This document shows, piece by piece, positions 18,019 through 27,134 of a DNA stretch of 64,000 nt; the first letter of the stretch is position 1, and the number at the start of each line of letters is the position of its first letter. The translations under genes were made by a program, and so were the position numbers. This DNA comes from an uncultured virus (IMG/VR IMGVR_UViG_3300003873_000005). Its lineage: Duplodnaviria; Heunggongvirae; Uroviricota; Caudoviricetes. The notes below the pieces were generated by a model. The model worked only from the letters and a program-made list of their open reading frames with translations, made no database searches and had not been told where the DNA came from. The stretch lies in the IMG/VR virus record IMGVR_UViG_3300003873_000005, one strand, 5' to 3'.

Positions 18019-19463
18019 TGGCTACTTTAAAACTCACACCTTTTGATTATCAACTAGAAGATGCAAAATTCATACTCTCAGATAAGCGCGTAGGTATTTT
18101 ACATGAACCTGGAGTTGGTAAAACATTCGGAGTGCTTATAGCTGCTGTATATTTAGCTGAAAAGAAAAATATACAAACTTTAGTAGTTGTTCCTCCTATA
18201 TTAATAGAGGAATGGCTAGACAAAGCCAATGCCTATTTTAATCATAGATTAAATATTGTTACTTATCAAGGAACTCCTAAAGTAAGAAAAGCTTATAATC
18301 TGGCAAAGGCTGATATCGTAATTTGTTCCTATAACATATTAATGAGAGAAGGTTATAACTGTAAAAATAGTATCTATTCTAGAATGCCTAGATTAAATTT
18401 TTTAGTAGCAGATGAAACTAAATTCATTAAAAACCCTAAATCAAAAGCCTTTAAAACTTTTCAGTCTATAAAACATAGAACAGATTATGTAGCTTTAATG
18501 AATGGTACTCCAGTAGTTAAAAATCCAGGAGATTTATTTGTTATAATTCAGCTAATAAATCCTAATAGGTATGTTACACAGAAAAATTTTATGCATCATC
18601 ATGCTATATATTCAAAAAATACTGAGGGTTTTCCTATTGTTATTGGGTGGAAAAATTTAGATGATATCAAGAGCTTTTTAAACTATAGTTGTAGAAGGCT
18701 GTTAAAAAAAGATGTTCTTGATTTACCGCCTAAGCAACTTATTATTAAACAATTTTCACTGGAGCAGAAACATTATGATAGACTAAAAACTTATTGGGAT
18801 ACTGGTTTAATAGAACTAACTAATAATGGTATAGACTTAGTAAATAGGCCAACTGAAGTTATTTTTGACCAAGCAATGTCTTTAGCTATGAAAGTAAGAC
18901 AAGCTTTATTTGACCCTAGTATTTTAGGTTTAGATACAGAGTCTGTATATTTCGAACATTTAGAATTACTAATAGATAGTTTAGGAGATGAGCAATTAAT
19001 AATATTTACTCATTTTCAAAATACACTGGCTTTAGTTAAAAAATTGCTGGACAAAAAAGGCCTATCCTACGGTGAAATACACGGTAAAATAACTAGACCA
19101 GTTAAAGAAAAGGCTAAAAAAGACTTTAAATCAGGAAAAGTCCAACTACTTATTGGTAATCCAAAAAGTATGGGTGTAGGCTTAGATTTTCAAAATTGTC
19201 ATAATATGGCCTTCTTTGAATTGGACTATGAAGTGGATTCTTTTTGGCAAGGCCAAGATAGGTTACATAGACCAGGACAATTACATAGTGTAAATTACTA
19301 TGTATTTATAGCTAAAAAGACTATAGCTGTCGATTTAATGAAGTCAATAATGACAAATGCTAATTTTGTAAAGAAGTTACTCAATAAAGAGTCTAGTTCT
19401 GAATTTTTTAATTCTAGTATAACTGAAGATGAGGTAAAAATATGGCAAAACAAAATGAATTAG
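18018..19463 (+). CDS. SNF2-family helicase
   Basis: GVGKT, ADE...IKN, GTPV, GVGLDFQ, QDRLHRPGQ. Confidence 0.92.
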   Translation: MATLKLTPFDYQLEDAKFILSDKRVGILHEPGVGKTFGVLIAAVYLAEKKNIQTLVVVPPILIEEWLDKANAYFNHRLNIVTYQGTPKVRKAYNLAKADIVICSYNILMREGYNCKNSIYSRMPRLNFLVADETKFIKNPKSKAFKTFQSIKHRTDYVALMNGTPVVKNPGDLFVIIQLINPNRYVTQKNFMHHHAIYSKNTEGFPIVIGWKNLDDIKSFLNYSCRRLLKKDVLDLPPKQLIIKQFSLEQKHYDRLKTYWDTGLIELTNNGIDLVNRPTEVIFDQAMSLAMKVRQALFDPSILGLDTESVYFEHLELLIDSLGDEQLIIFTHFQNTLALVKKLLDKKGLSYGEIHGKITRPVKEKAKKDFKSGKVQLLIGNPKSMGVGLDFQNCHNMAFFELDYEVDSFWQGQDRLHRPGQLHSVNYYVFIAKKTIAVDLMKSIMTNANFVKKLLNKESSSEFFNSSITEDEVKIWQNKMN

Positions 19464-20038
19464 ATAAAATAGAAATAGTAGCACCAGATATTTTAGTTAC
19501 AACTCACCTATATATAGCGACCTACCTAGCTCGTAAATATTCAAGAAGCAGTGCACCCTTTGATGATTTATACCAAGAAGGTTGTATAGGTCTAATAAAA
19601 GCTAGTACTAAATTTGATCCCTCTAAAGGATTTAAATTTTCTACTTATGCTACTTGGTGGGTAAAGCAAGCAATATTTAGTAGTCTAACCTCTAGTACTA
19701 GAACAATACGTTTGCCTAGTCATATAGTACAATTAAAATTAAAACTATTTAAATATAGTGAGTATTATATAAATGAGTTTGGAAAAGAACCAAGTGTAAA
19801 AATACTGGCCGAGCATCTAGAAATACCTATTGAAAAGGTAGTCAAGTTAAAGAATTTACAACTAGAAGTAGACCTTGAAGACTTTGAGACATTTATAACT
19901 TCTAAGGATGAAACAGCCTTAGATCTATTAGAACAAGAAGAAGATAGAAAAGATATAATAGCCAGCTTAAGTAATCTTACTATAAAAGAAAAAGTAGTTA
20001 TAGGTTTACAGTATGGAATACTGAGTAAAATTAAATAG
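19442..20038 (+). CDS. sigma70-like factor (regions 2-3 and 4.1; lacks 4.2 HTH)
   Basis: DLYQEGCIGLIKA..KFDPSKGFKFSTYATWWVKQAI...RTIRLP; ends LTIKEKVVIGLQYGILSKIK*. Confidence 0.9.
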   Translation: MAKQNELDKIEIVAPDILVTTHLYIATYLARKYSRSSAPFDDLYQEGCIGLIKASTKFDPSKGFKFSTYATWWVKQAIFSSLTSSTRTIRLPSHIVQLKLKLFKYSEYYINEFGKEPSVKILAEHLEIPIEKVVKLKNLQLEVDLEDFETFITSKDETALDLLEQEEDRKDIIASLSNLTIKEKVVIGLQYGILSKIK

Positions 20039-20046
20039 GAAATAAA

Positions 20047-20991
20047 ATGAAAAAAGTATTAGATAAAAAAACAGGTGAAATAGTTCATGCTTATGACTTT
20101 GGTGGATCAGATATTGTAAAAGTACCAGGTACGCCGCCAATTTTAGTTTGGGCTGATAAAAGTCAGGAAATAACTAGCTATATTAGGACATATGAATCTT
20201 TAAGTCTAATCCCCTCTGAAGAGTCCATTGAAATAGACAAACCTACTTGGGAAATAGTTTCACATCAAGATATTTCTACCTGTAATTGGAGAGTCACGGT
20301 TAAAAATAGTTTTACTGGAGAAGTAAAATCTGGAGTATATCCTTTTAATCTACAGGGCAAGGTTTATCAACTGCCATGTCCAGATGGCAATGGTCCATGG
20401 GTAATTGCTAGCTGTGGAGGATATAAAATAAAAACAGGTACAGATCCCATATGCTATATTTTAGAGGGTACTGGAGAAACTATATGTAAGCTTAATATAA
20501 GTTATCCATCTAATAATCCATTAGTTTTAACATTTTATATGTCTCATGTAGAACCTGGGCCTGATTCAGGATACATAGAATTAGTCCATGAGGATGGTTG
20601 GTTACCCTATCATTTACTAGATAAATCATACTATCCGAGGGTTTCCACGTCACTTAATCTACCATTTTCTGAACTAGAGGACCAATCACCACCTTATCAT
20701 TGGAAATCTGAGGGGTTTGATAAATTTTGGGAAAAATGCGGTGGTCCGGTTTATCGCGAATGGATTGGTATAACTGGTTCTGGTAAGTCATTTACACTTT
20801 GTTTTTTAACAACTGGTAATCTTGACACTTCTAATTATATATATGGCATACGAAAACAAATCTCTATTTCTATACCGGATTTCAGCCCATTAAATCCATG
20901 GGATTATAAAACAGTATCGAAGTTAGACTATGACCCAGTAAGATTAGGCTATCTAGTTAGATTAGCGCGTATTTGGGGAGAAAATCATTAG
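20047..20991 (+). CDS. hypothetical protein, paralog of 6229-7112
   Basis: About 145-aa shared N-terminal domain; unrelated C-terminus. Confidence 0.8.
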   Translation: MKKVLDKKTGEIVHAYDFGGSDIVKVPGTPPILVWADKSQEITSYIRTYESLSLIPSEESIEIDKPTWEIVSHQDISTCNWRVTVKNSFTGEVKSGVYPFNLQGKVYQLPCPDGNGPWVIASCGGYKIKTGTDPICYILEGTGETICKLNISYPSNNPLVLTFYMSHVEPGPDSGYIELVHEDGWLPYHLLDKSYYPRVSTSLNLPFSELEDQSPPYHWKSEGFDKFWEKCGGPVYREWIGITGSGKSFTLCFLTTGNLDTSNYIYGIRKQISISIPDFSPLNPWDYKTVSKLDYDPVRLGYLVRLARIWGENH

Positions 20992-21041
20992 GTTTTAAAT
21001 CTGAATCTTAAATTTTTAGAGTTTAGCAATAGAATAACAGA

Positions 21042-21074
21042 TTAAAGTATCACTAATAATACTTAGTATATAAT
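21042..21074 (+). promoter_or_regulatory. promoter AAG-N13-ACTT-N4-TATAAT
   Basis: TTAAAG-13 nt-ACTT-agta-TATAAT. Confidence 0.75.
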
Positions 21075-21175
21075 AAATTTAAATAAAGGAGTGAAGATGT
21101 AAGATTAAAAATTGAGAATTAAGAACTGAGATGGCGGTTTAACAATAAAGATAAAAATAAATATAAGGAAAAATT

Positions 21176-21817
21176 ATGGCAAAAACAAAAATAGAAGACA
21201 TGGACTTAGAATCTAAAAAAACAACAAAAACAGACACATCAGTGGTAGACGTAGAGGTGACAGGCAATACAGGAATGGCTGTAAGAGGGACAAATCCATC
21301 TGTATTAGCTAACTTAAATCAAGGCTTTGAAGGTATTGAATCAATTGCAAATTTTATGCCTTACTTTATAGTAGATGGTACAGAGTTGTTAAATAAGATA
21401 ACTGAAGCATCATATAAAAATATAGAAGTTGTTATTACTGGTGGCAAGCCCGTTTGGCAATTATGGAATTTAGACCAAACTTTAGTAGCTGAGAGTTTTG
21501 ATGGCACAGTTTCTACTGAAGGTCAAAATATGCAAGAAGCATTGGCTGAAACAAAAGCTAAATACCCAGGTCAAGAAGAAAAGATTAAGATTCAAGCTAG
21601 ATATGATATTTATTTTGATTGGGATTATCCAGAAGAAGGCACTAAGCTTACAAAAGTATCTTTAAGTCCTTCAAGTAAATATGCTTTTAGTGCTTATTCT
21701 CAAGAATTGGCTAAACAAGGCCTTGGAGTTACCCAAGTAACTACTTCTCTTGGTGCAAAAAGAACTGTGTCTAAACAAGGTTATAGATATAGTGTTGTAA
21801 CTTTTGAAAGAGCCTAA
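21176..21817 (+). CDS. putative ssDNA-binding / replication protein
   Basis: Located in the replication module; beta-rich with LSPSS...F..Y. Function inferred from context. Confidence 0.45.
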   Translation: MAKTKIEDMDLESKKTTKTDTSVVDVEVTGNTGMAVRGTNPSVLANLNQGFEGIESIANFMPYFIVDGTELLNKITEASYKNIEVVITGGKPVWQLWNLDQTLVAESFDGTVSTEGQNMQEALAETKAKYPGQEEKIKIQARYDIYFDWDYPEEGTKLTKVSLSPSSKYAFSAYSQELAKQGLGVTQVTTSLGAKRTVSKQGYRYSVVTFERA

Positions 21818-21818
21818 T

Positions 21819-22214
21819 ATGAATACTATTTCAAAAATAGTTCTAAAAAATCTTCAGCTAAAAGCTGGAGATTTGAATGTACCAGGTAAGCTAGAAAAAT
21901 TATTCATTGCTTATAATAAAATAAATGCTAATTTAGAAGCTTATGCTGATAGTTTAAGTAAAAGTTATAACTGCGGAAATTGTGGAAAACAGAATAGAAG
22001 TGCTATAGTAGAAACAAAAACAGTAATGGCTAATGGCACTACCAGTGTAAAAACAACTAGTCCTTTAGAAGAAGTTAAACAAGAGAAGAATTCAAATTTA
22101 TCGGCTAGAGATATAGAAGAATTTAAACAGGAAAAGAATTTAAATTTAACTCCTAGGGATATAGAGGAAAGAATTAACTATTACACAGCTTTGCAAAGTA
22201 TTAAGGAGAAATAA
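21819..22214 (+). CDS. hypothetical protein
   Basis: CGNCG; duplicated KQEKN.NL..RDIEE segment. Confidence 0.6.
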   Translation: MNTISKIVLKNLQLKAGDLNVPGKLEKLFIAYNKINANLEAYADSLSKSYNCGNCGKQNRSAIVETKTVMANGTTSVKTTSPLEEVKQEKNSNLSARDIEEFKQEKNLNLTPRDIEERINYYTALQSIKEK

Positions 22215-22583
22215 ATGAGCGAAGAGTTTAAAAAAGATTCAATGGTTAATACTAAGTATAAACCATCACTGATTGAGCCTAGCTTTAAAAAAGATTTGGC
22301 TAAGTTGCTAACTTTAGGCGGTATGAAGTATGGTTTTAATAATTGGAAACTAGCCACTAAAGAACAAGTTGTAGAATATAGAGATGCCTTAGAGAGACAT
22401 CTAATAGCCCGTGATAAAGGTGAATACTTGGACAAAGATACTGGTTTGCCACATATAATCTGTGTAGCTTTTAATGTAATGGCTTTGCACTTTTTTGATG
22501 CTAAATTTTTTGACATAAACTTAGATGACTCTATTTGGCAAGAACGGTTAGACTATTACAAGGAGCTTAAAAATGGTAAATAA
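22215..22583 (+). CDS. dATP/dGTP diphosphohydrolase-like (DUF5664) protein
   Basis: L..G..KYG.NNW....Y.DAL.RHL....GE..D.DTGLPH...AFN. Confidence 0.85.
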   Translation: MSEEFKKDSMVNTKYKPSLIEPSFKKDLAKLLTLGGMKYGFNNWKLATKEQVVEYRDALERHLIARDKGEYLDKDTGLPHIICVAFNVMALHFFDAKFFDINLDDSIWQERLDYYKELKNGK

Positions 22584-23310
22584 AATTTTTATTGACACAA
22601 ATAATTATTTGAAAAGAATATACCACGGTGGAGGAGATCCATATAGCTTGTGGATGATGCTATTAAGACGATATGAAACTCAAGAAGTTTTTGTAGTTTG
22701 TGATACGGCTACATCACGACTCTATAGAAAATCTATTAATCCGGATTATAAAAAAGGACGTAAGCAAGATGATGACCCAATTTACTGGGAGCTTTATAAT
22801 AACGCAATAACAATAGCTCGCCATTTTCCCAATATAAAAGTTATTGAAGTAACAGAGGGTGAAGCCGATGATTTTATAGGTTGTAAAGCTTCAAAAAATG
22901 ATACTGTGATTTCTAATGATAAAGACCTTTGGGTATTATTATCTAAAGGAACTAAAATACTTATAAATGCCACTACTCAAGTTGATAGTCAATTAGTGGC
23001 TACAAAATTTGTACATCCTGAGCCTGAGCTAATTACAGTTTATAAATGTTTGGTTGGCGATCCCAGTGATAATATAAAGGGTAAATTTAGATTTGGTGTA
23101 AAAGCCTATGAAAAACTTCCAGTAAAAAGACTACGCAATATTTTAGAGGAGCTTAAGACTAAAAATTATGAAGATGAGCTTATAGATGAAAATGTAAAAC
23201 TAAGCTATGCTATGGTAAAATTTTTTCAAGACTATAAAACAAGGTTCTTAGAGCCTCTAAATTTTAATTTGTTAAATGATTTTATAACTTCAAAAGGAAT
23301 AATATGCTAA
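22573..23310 (+). CDS. 5'-3' exonuclease / flap endonuclease
   Basis: ID.NN, YKKGR, EADD, SNDKDL, LVGDPSDNIKG. Confidence 0.9.
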   Translation: MVNKIFIDTNNYLKRIYHGGGDPYSLWMMLLRRYETQEVFVVCDTATSRLYRKSINPDYKKGRKQDDDPIYWELYNNAITIARHFPNIKVIEVTEGEADDFIGCKASKNDTVISNDKDLWVLLSKGTKILINATTQVDSQLVATKFVHPEPELITVYKCLVGDPSDNIKGKFRFGVKAYEKLPVKRLRNILEELKTKNYEDELIDENVKLSYAMVKFFQDYKTRFLEPLNFNLLNDFITSKGIIC

Positions 23311-25217
23311 TAAGTAATAAGAATATAAATGAAGCAATAGAATTGTTAAAAAAAGATGAAGGTACTATATGGTCTATAGACCTTGAAACTTTTTGTCCAA
23401 TTGATAATTTTCCAGAGATAACTGGTAAAACAAAACCTTTAGATAGATTGAATTCAAAAATAGTTTCTTTGCAAATAACTACTGCTCATCTTCATAATTT
23501 TTATTTTAATTTTGCACACTCAGATGGGGATTTAGACTATTCATGGTTAAAGGTTATCTTTGATCTTAAACAAACAAATACGCATTTAATTGCTCATAAT
23601 TTTAGTTTTGAGTGGACTTTATTATACCTTCATGACGTAGATCTAACTAGATTTACTCTGTGGGACACAATGGTAATGGGCTGGTTAAGAAATGAAAACG
23701 AACAACAAGGTTTAAAATCAAGTATTAAAAAATACTTTAACTACCAGATGGCTACTTATAAAACAACCGTTGGTGATGGTAATATGTCTATGATTACTGG
23801 TGAGGAAGGTTATGCCTATGGTATGGATGATGCTATATGGACATTAAAATTGTTTGACAAGTATTATGCAGAGATTAATACTGATTATTATTTAACTTTT
23901 GATGAGCCTATACTTAAATATATAGCTATGCACTATATAAAAGGTCAAAAAGTTGACATAAGCATTATAAAAGATTTTATTCTAGAGGATGAAATTAAAA
24001 GCCAAAAACTTTTATCTGAATATCCAATATTAAGAGGTTTAAACTTAAATAGTCCAAAGCAAGTAGCTAATTTACTATTTAATGAACTTAGACTACCTCC
24101 AGTTAAAGTATCAAAAAAGACTGGCCAGCCTAGTACGGATAAAGAAACTTTAAATACACTAATTTTAGACCATTCTAAAACAAATCCAGAATTAAAAGCT
24201 TTTGAAGAAATTAGAAAGATTGAAACGAAAAAGAAGCTGTATTATAAACCTTATCCTAAGCTTGTTTATCCTGATGGCAGATGGCATAGCGCGATTAGGC
24301 ATACTGGTACAGTCACTGGTAGATTTAGTATGAGTAGCCCAAATTTGCAACAAATGGCCAAAAGAGGTGATAGTGTTAAAATCAGAAGAGTGATTATTCC
24401 TAATGATAATCATGAATTTGTAATAAGTATTGATTGGTCACAAGTAGAACTTCGTATGGCTGCTCATTTATCCCAAGATCCAAAATTAGTAGATGCTTAT
24501 CTTACTGGAAAAGACTTGCATACAGTATCGGGTACAAACATTTTAAATTGTAGCTATGATGAGATGAAAAAAAGATTAGAAAGTGGTGATTTAGAAGCTA
24601 AAAAGGCTAGACAAAAAGGCAAAACATTGAACTTTGCAGCCTTATATGGCGCAGCCCCGACAAGATTAAGTAAATTTGATTTACTCGATTGTTCTATTGG
24701 AGAAGCTTCTTTCTTTTTACAAGCACATAGAGAAGGCTATAGTGGCTATTTTCATGACTTTGTTAATAAAATATTAAAAGATGCAAAAGAAAAACTCTAT
24801 GTTGAAACTATATTTAAAAGAAAAAGACATCTACCAAATCTTACTTCTCCTTTAAAAGTTTTAAGAATTGATGCAGAACATCAGGCTGTAAATGCAGTAG
24901 TTCAAGGTTCATGTGGAGAAATAATGAAATTAAGTTTTGCCAGACTTGGTAATGAAAATTTATTGTACAATAAAGATTTACAGTTTATTTGCCCTATTCA
25001 TGATGAGTTTGTTTTTTCAGCCTCTAGAGAGGGTGTTCATAAGTATCTAAAAACTATAAAAGAAATAATGGAACTAACTCCAAAAGGCTTTTCAATCCCA
25101 ATTCTGGCCGCTGCATCTGTTGGAGTTAACTTCGCTGATCAAGTAGAAATTGAAGACCTAGATAAACTTGATTATTATATGGATAAAGCTCTAGAATATA
25201 AATCAAAAGGAAATTAA
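23304..25217 (+). CDS. polA: family A DNA polymerase with 3'-5' exonuclease
   Basis: DLET, TGRFSMSSPNLQQ, DWSQVELR, KTLNFAALYG, IHDEF. Confidence 0.95.
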   Translation: MLISNKNINEAIELLKKDEGTIWSIDLETFCPIDNFPEITGKTKPLDRLNSKIVSLQITTAHLHNFYFNFAHSDGDLDYSWLKVIFDLKQTNTHLIAHNFSFEWTLLYLHDVDLTRFTLWDTMVMGWLRNENEQQGLKSSIKKYFNYQMATYKTTVGDGNMSMITGEEGYAYGMDDAIWTLKLFDKYYAEINTDYYLTFDEPILKYIAMHYIKGQKVDISIIKDFILEDEIKSQKLLSEYPILRGLNLNSPKQVANLLFNELRLPPVKVSKKTGQPSTDKETLNTLILDHSKTNPELKAFEEIRKIETKKKLYYKPYPKLVYPDGRWHSAIRHTGTVTGRFSMSSPNLQQMAKRGDSVKIRRVIIPNDNHEFVISIDWSQVELRMAAHLSQDPKLVDAYLTGKDLHTVSGTNILNCSYDEMKKRLESGDLEAKKARQKGKTLNFAALYGAAPTRLSKFDLLDCSIGEASFFLQAHREGYSGYFHDFVNKILKDAKEKLYVETIFKRKRHLPNLTSPLKVLRIDAEHQAVNAVVQGSCGEIMKLSFARLGNENLLYNKDLQFICPIHDEFVFSASREGVHKYLKTIKEIMELTPKGFSIPILAAASVGVNFADQVEIEDLDKLDYYMDKALEYKSKGN

Positions 25218-26048
25218 ATGACAAAATTTGATAAAGTATATAAAGATACTCTTGAGTATGTAATAACTGAAGGAACTAATAGCACGAATAAAAGAACAGG
25301 CTCAACTGTTAGACAAGTTCATGGTTATTCATTTAACTATGATATGAATTTATTACCGAGGTTAAGATTAAGAAAAACCTGGATTAGTTCTGCAGCTGCA
25401 GAGCTAGCCTGGTTTTTATCCGGCACTAAAGATGCCTCATGGATAAATGAAAAAACCAGTATTTGGAGAGAATTTACTGATTCAGAAAATAATATAAATA
25501 CTGCCTATGGCTATAGATGGAGATATAAATGGGGGTATGACCAAGTAGAAAATATAATAATGAAACTTAAGCTCGATAATAGTTCTAGGCAACAAATTTT
25601 ACTCAGTTGGGATCCTGAGGAAGATAATATTAATATAGCCAAGAATATACCTTGTCCATTTGTCTATGTAATAAATATTATAGATAATAAATTAAATATA
25701 CACCTAACTTTAAGGTCAAATGATGCTTGGTTGGGCCTACCTTATGATATAATGACTGCTTGTTTATTAGGAAGAGCATTTGCTAATTCATTGGACGTTA
25801 AATTAGGAAGTTTACATTATTCAGTAGCTAATTTACATTTATATGAAAATCAATTTATAATAGCTAATGAAGCTCTTGATAAATTTAAAGAATATAAAAA
25901 AACAAGCCCTTCTATAGAAATTCAAAATTCTAATTCTTTTAGTATAAATGAAATTAGAATAGACAAAAACACTTATGTAGACTATTTTAAACCTTTTGAT
26001 AAGTATACTTTTTCTGGCTGGACGCCAAGAGTTAATGTGGTCAAATAG
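25218..26048 (+). CDS. thymidylate-synthase homolog with dCMP-type Asp177 (putative dCMP methylase/hydroxymethylase)
   Basis: ELAWFLSG, YG.RWR, SRQ, PC146, R166-SND169, PYD177, H207-LY209. Confidence 0.85.
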   Translation: MTKFDKVYKDTLEYVITEGTNSTNKRTGSTVRQVHGYSFNYDMNLLPRLRLRKTWISSAAAELAWFLSGTKDASWINEKTSIWREFTDSENNINTAYGYRWRYKWGYDQVENIIMKLKLDNSSRQQILLSWDPEEDNINIAKNIPCPFVYVINIIDNKLNIHLTLRSNDAWLGLPYDIMTACLLGRAFANSLDVKLGSLHYSVANLHLYENQFIIANEALDKFKEYKKTSPSIEIQNSNSFSINEIRIDKNTYVDYFKPFDKYTFSGWTPRVNVVK

Positions 26049-26460
26049 TTTCTGGTTAGACTTAGTTGATAAGTTTGCAACTCAAAGTTATGCAAAAAAG
26101 AAAAAAGTAGCCTGTATATTAGTTAAGGATAAACATTTTGTATCTGCAGGAGTAAATGGCACTTTAAAAGGCTTACCTAATAGGTGTGAGGATAAAGATG
26201 GAAAAAGTATGCATGATATAGTAGTACATGCAGAAATGAATGCAATAGCTAATGCAAGCGATAAAAATGATATAAAAGGCTGCACAGCGTACTTAAACTA
26301 TGGCCCATGTGAACATTGTGCAAAAACTCTATTACAATTTGGTATAAAAGCCTTACATATTAGAGGAGATATAAAATATACTCAAGTGGTTCAAACTTGT
26401 ATAGATTATTTAGGAGAAAATAATGTTAAAATTGAAACTAAAAACAAAAAATACAGTTAG
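26035..26460 (+). CDS. dCMP deaminase
   Basis: G.NG, HAEMNAI, PCEHCAK; probable start at ATG26035. Confidence 0.92.
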   Translation: MWSNSFWLDLVDKFATQSYAKKKKVACILVKDKHFVSAGVNGTLKGLPNRCEDKDGKSMHDIVVHAEMNAIANASDKNDIKGCTAYLNYGPCEHCAKTLLQFGIKALHIRGDIKYTQVVQTCIDYLGENNVKIETKNKKYS

Positions 26461-26662
26461 TGAAAAACAATTTAAAAATCCTTATATAGAAGAAGTTAAG
26501 AAAATGGCAAAAGAACATATAATTGAGTTATGGAAAATTGGATTTATAAGTTTAAAAAATAAAAACCTAGTTGCAGAAAATATCTTAAAGTATAAAGCTT
26601 TAAAAATTATTCTAACTACCAAATTTTGTATAGACTTACCAAAAGATAATTTAAAGGATTAA
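26423..26662 (+). CDS. hypothetical protein
   Basis: AGGAG RBS; lies inside the nucleotide-metabolism cluster. Confidence 0.55.
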   Translation: MLKLKLKTKNTVSEKQFKNPYIEEVKKMAKEHIIELWKIGFISLKNKNLVAENILKYKALKIILTTKFCIDLPKDNLKD

Positions 26663-26663
26663 T

Positions 26664-27134
26664 ATGACAGGTTGTATGTTAGCTGATAAAAACTTCTTCA
26701 TTGCAGATGCAACTGGTAATATCATATCAGGACCTATAGAAGATAAAGCTCGTTTAAGAAAAAGAATAACAGACAAGGTAGTGATTATAGGCTATAATAC
26801 TTGGAAAAAAGATATATCTAACTATCCAAAGCTAATTGCCTTGCCCTCAATATGGCTAGTTATTAGCACTAAATCTTTTAATCCTTATCATTATAATGTC
26901 AAGATAATAAAGCCTAATGAAAAAGATCTTTACAATATAGACTACTGTCTAGGAGGGCCAAAAACATTAGAACTACTAAAACCTTATAAATTGATAATTA
27001 GCCAAATTAATACCACTGAGATATCTTTTGGCTATAAACTAGAAATTAAAGACTATAGTCTAGTCTCTATAGAAGATAAAATAAGCTATAAAGAATTAAC
27101 TTATGAGCTAAAAAAGGATGAAGATGAAAAATGA
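26664..27134 (+). CDS. divergent dihydrofolate reductase-like protein
   Basis: P.ED...R..IT.KVVIIGYNTW...LVIS...LGG pattern of FolA. Confidence 0.65.
   Translation: MTGCMLADKNFFIADATGNIISGPIEDKARLRKRITDKVVIIGYNTWKKDISNYPKLIALPSIWLVISTKSFNPYHYNVKIIKPNEKDLYNIDYCLGGPKTLELLKPYKLIISQINTTEISFGYKLEIKDYSLVSIEDKISYKELTYELKKDEDEK

Noticed and set aside
22215..25217. 2-aminoadenine (Z) genome system
   Set aside because: DUF5664-like and family A polymerase genes are present, but no PurZ-like ORF is in this window.
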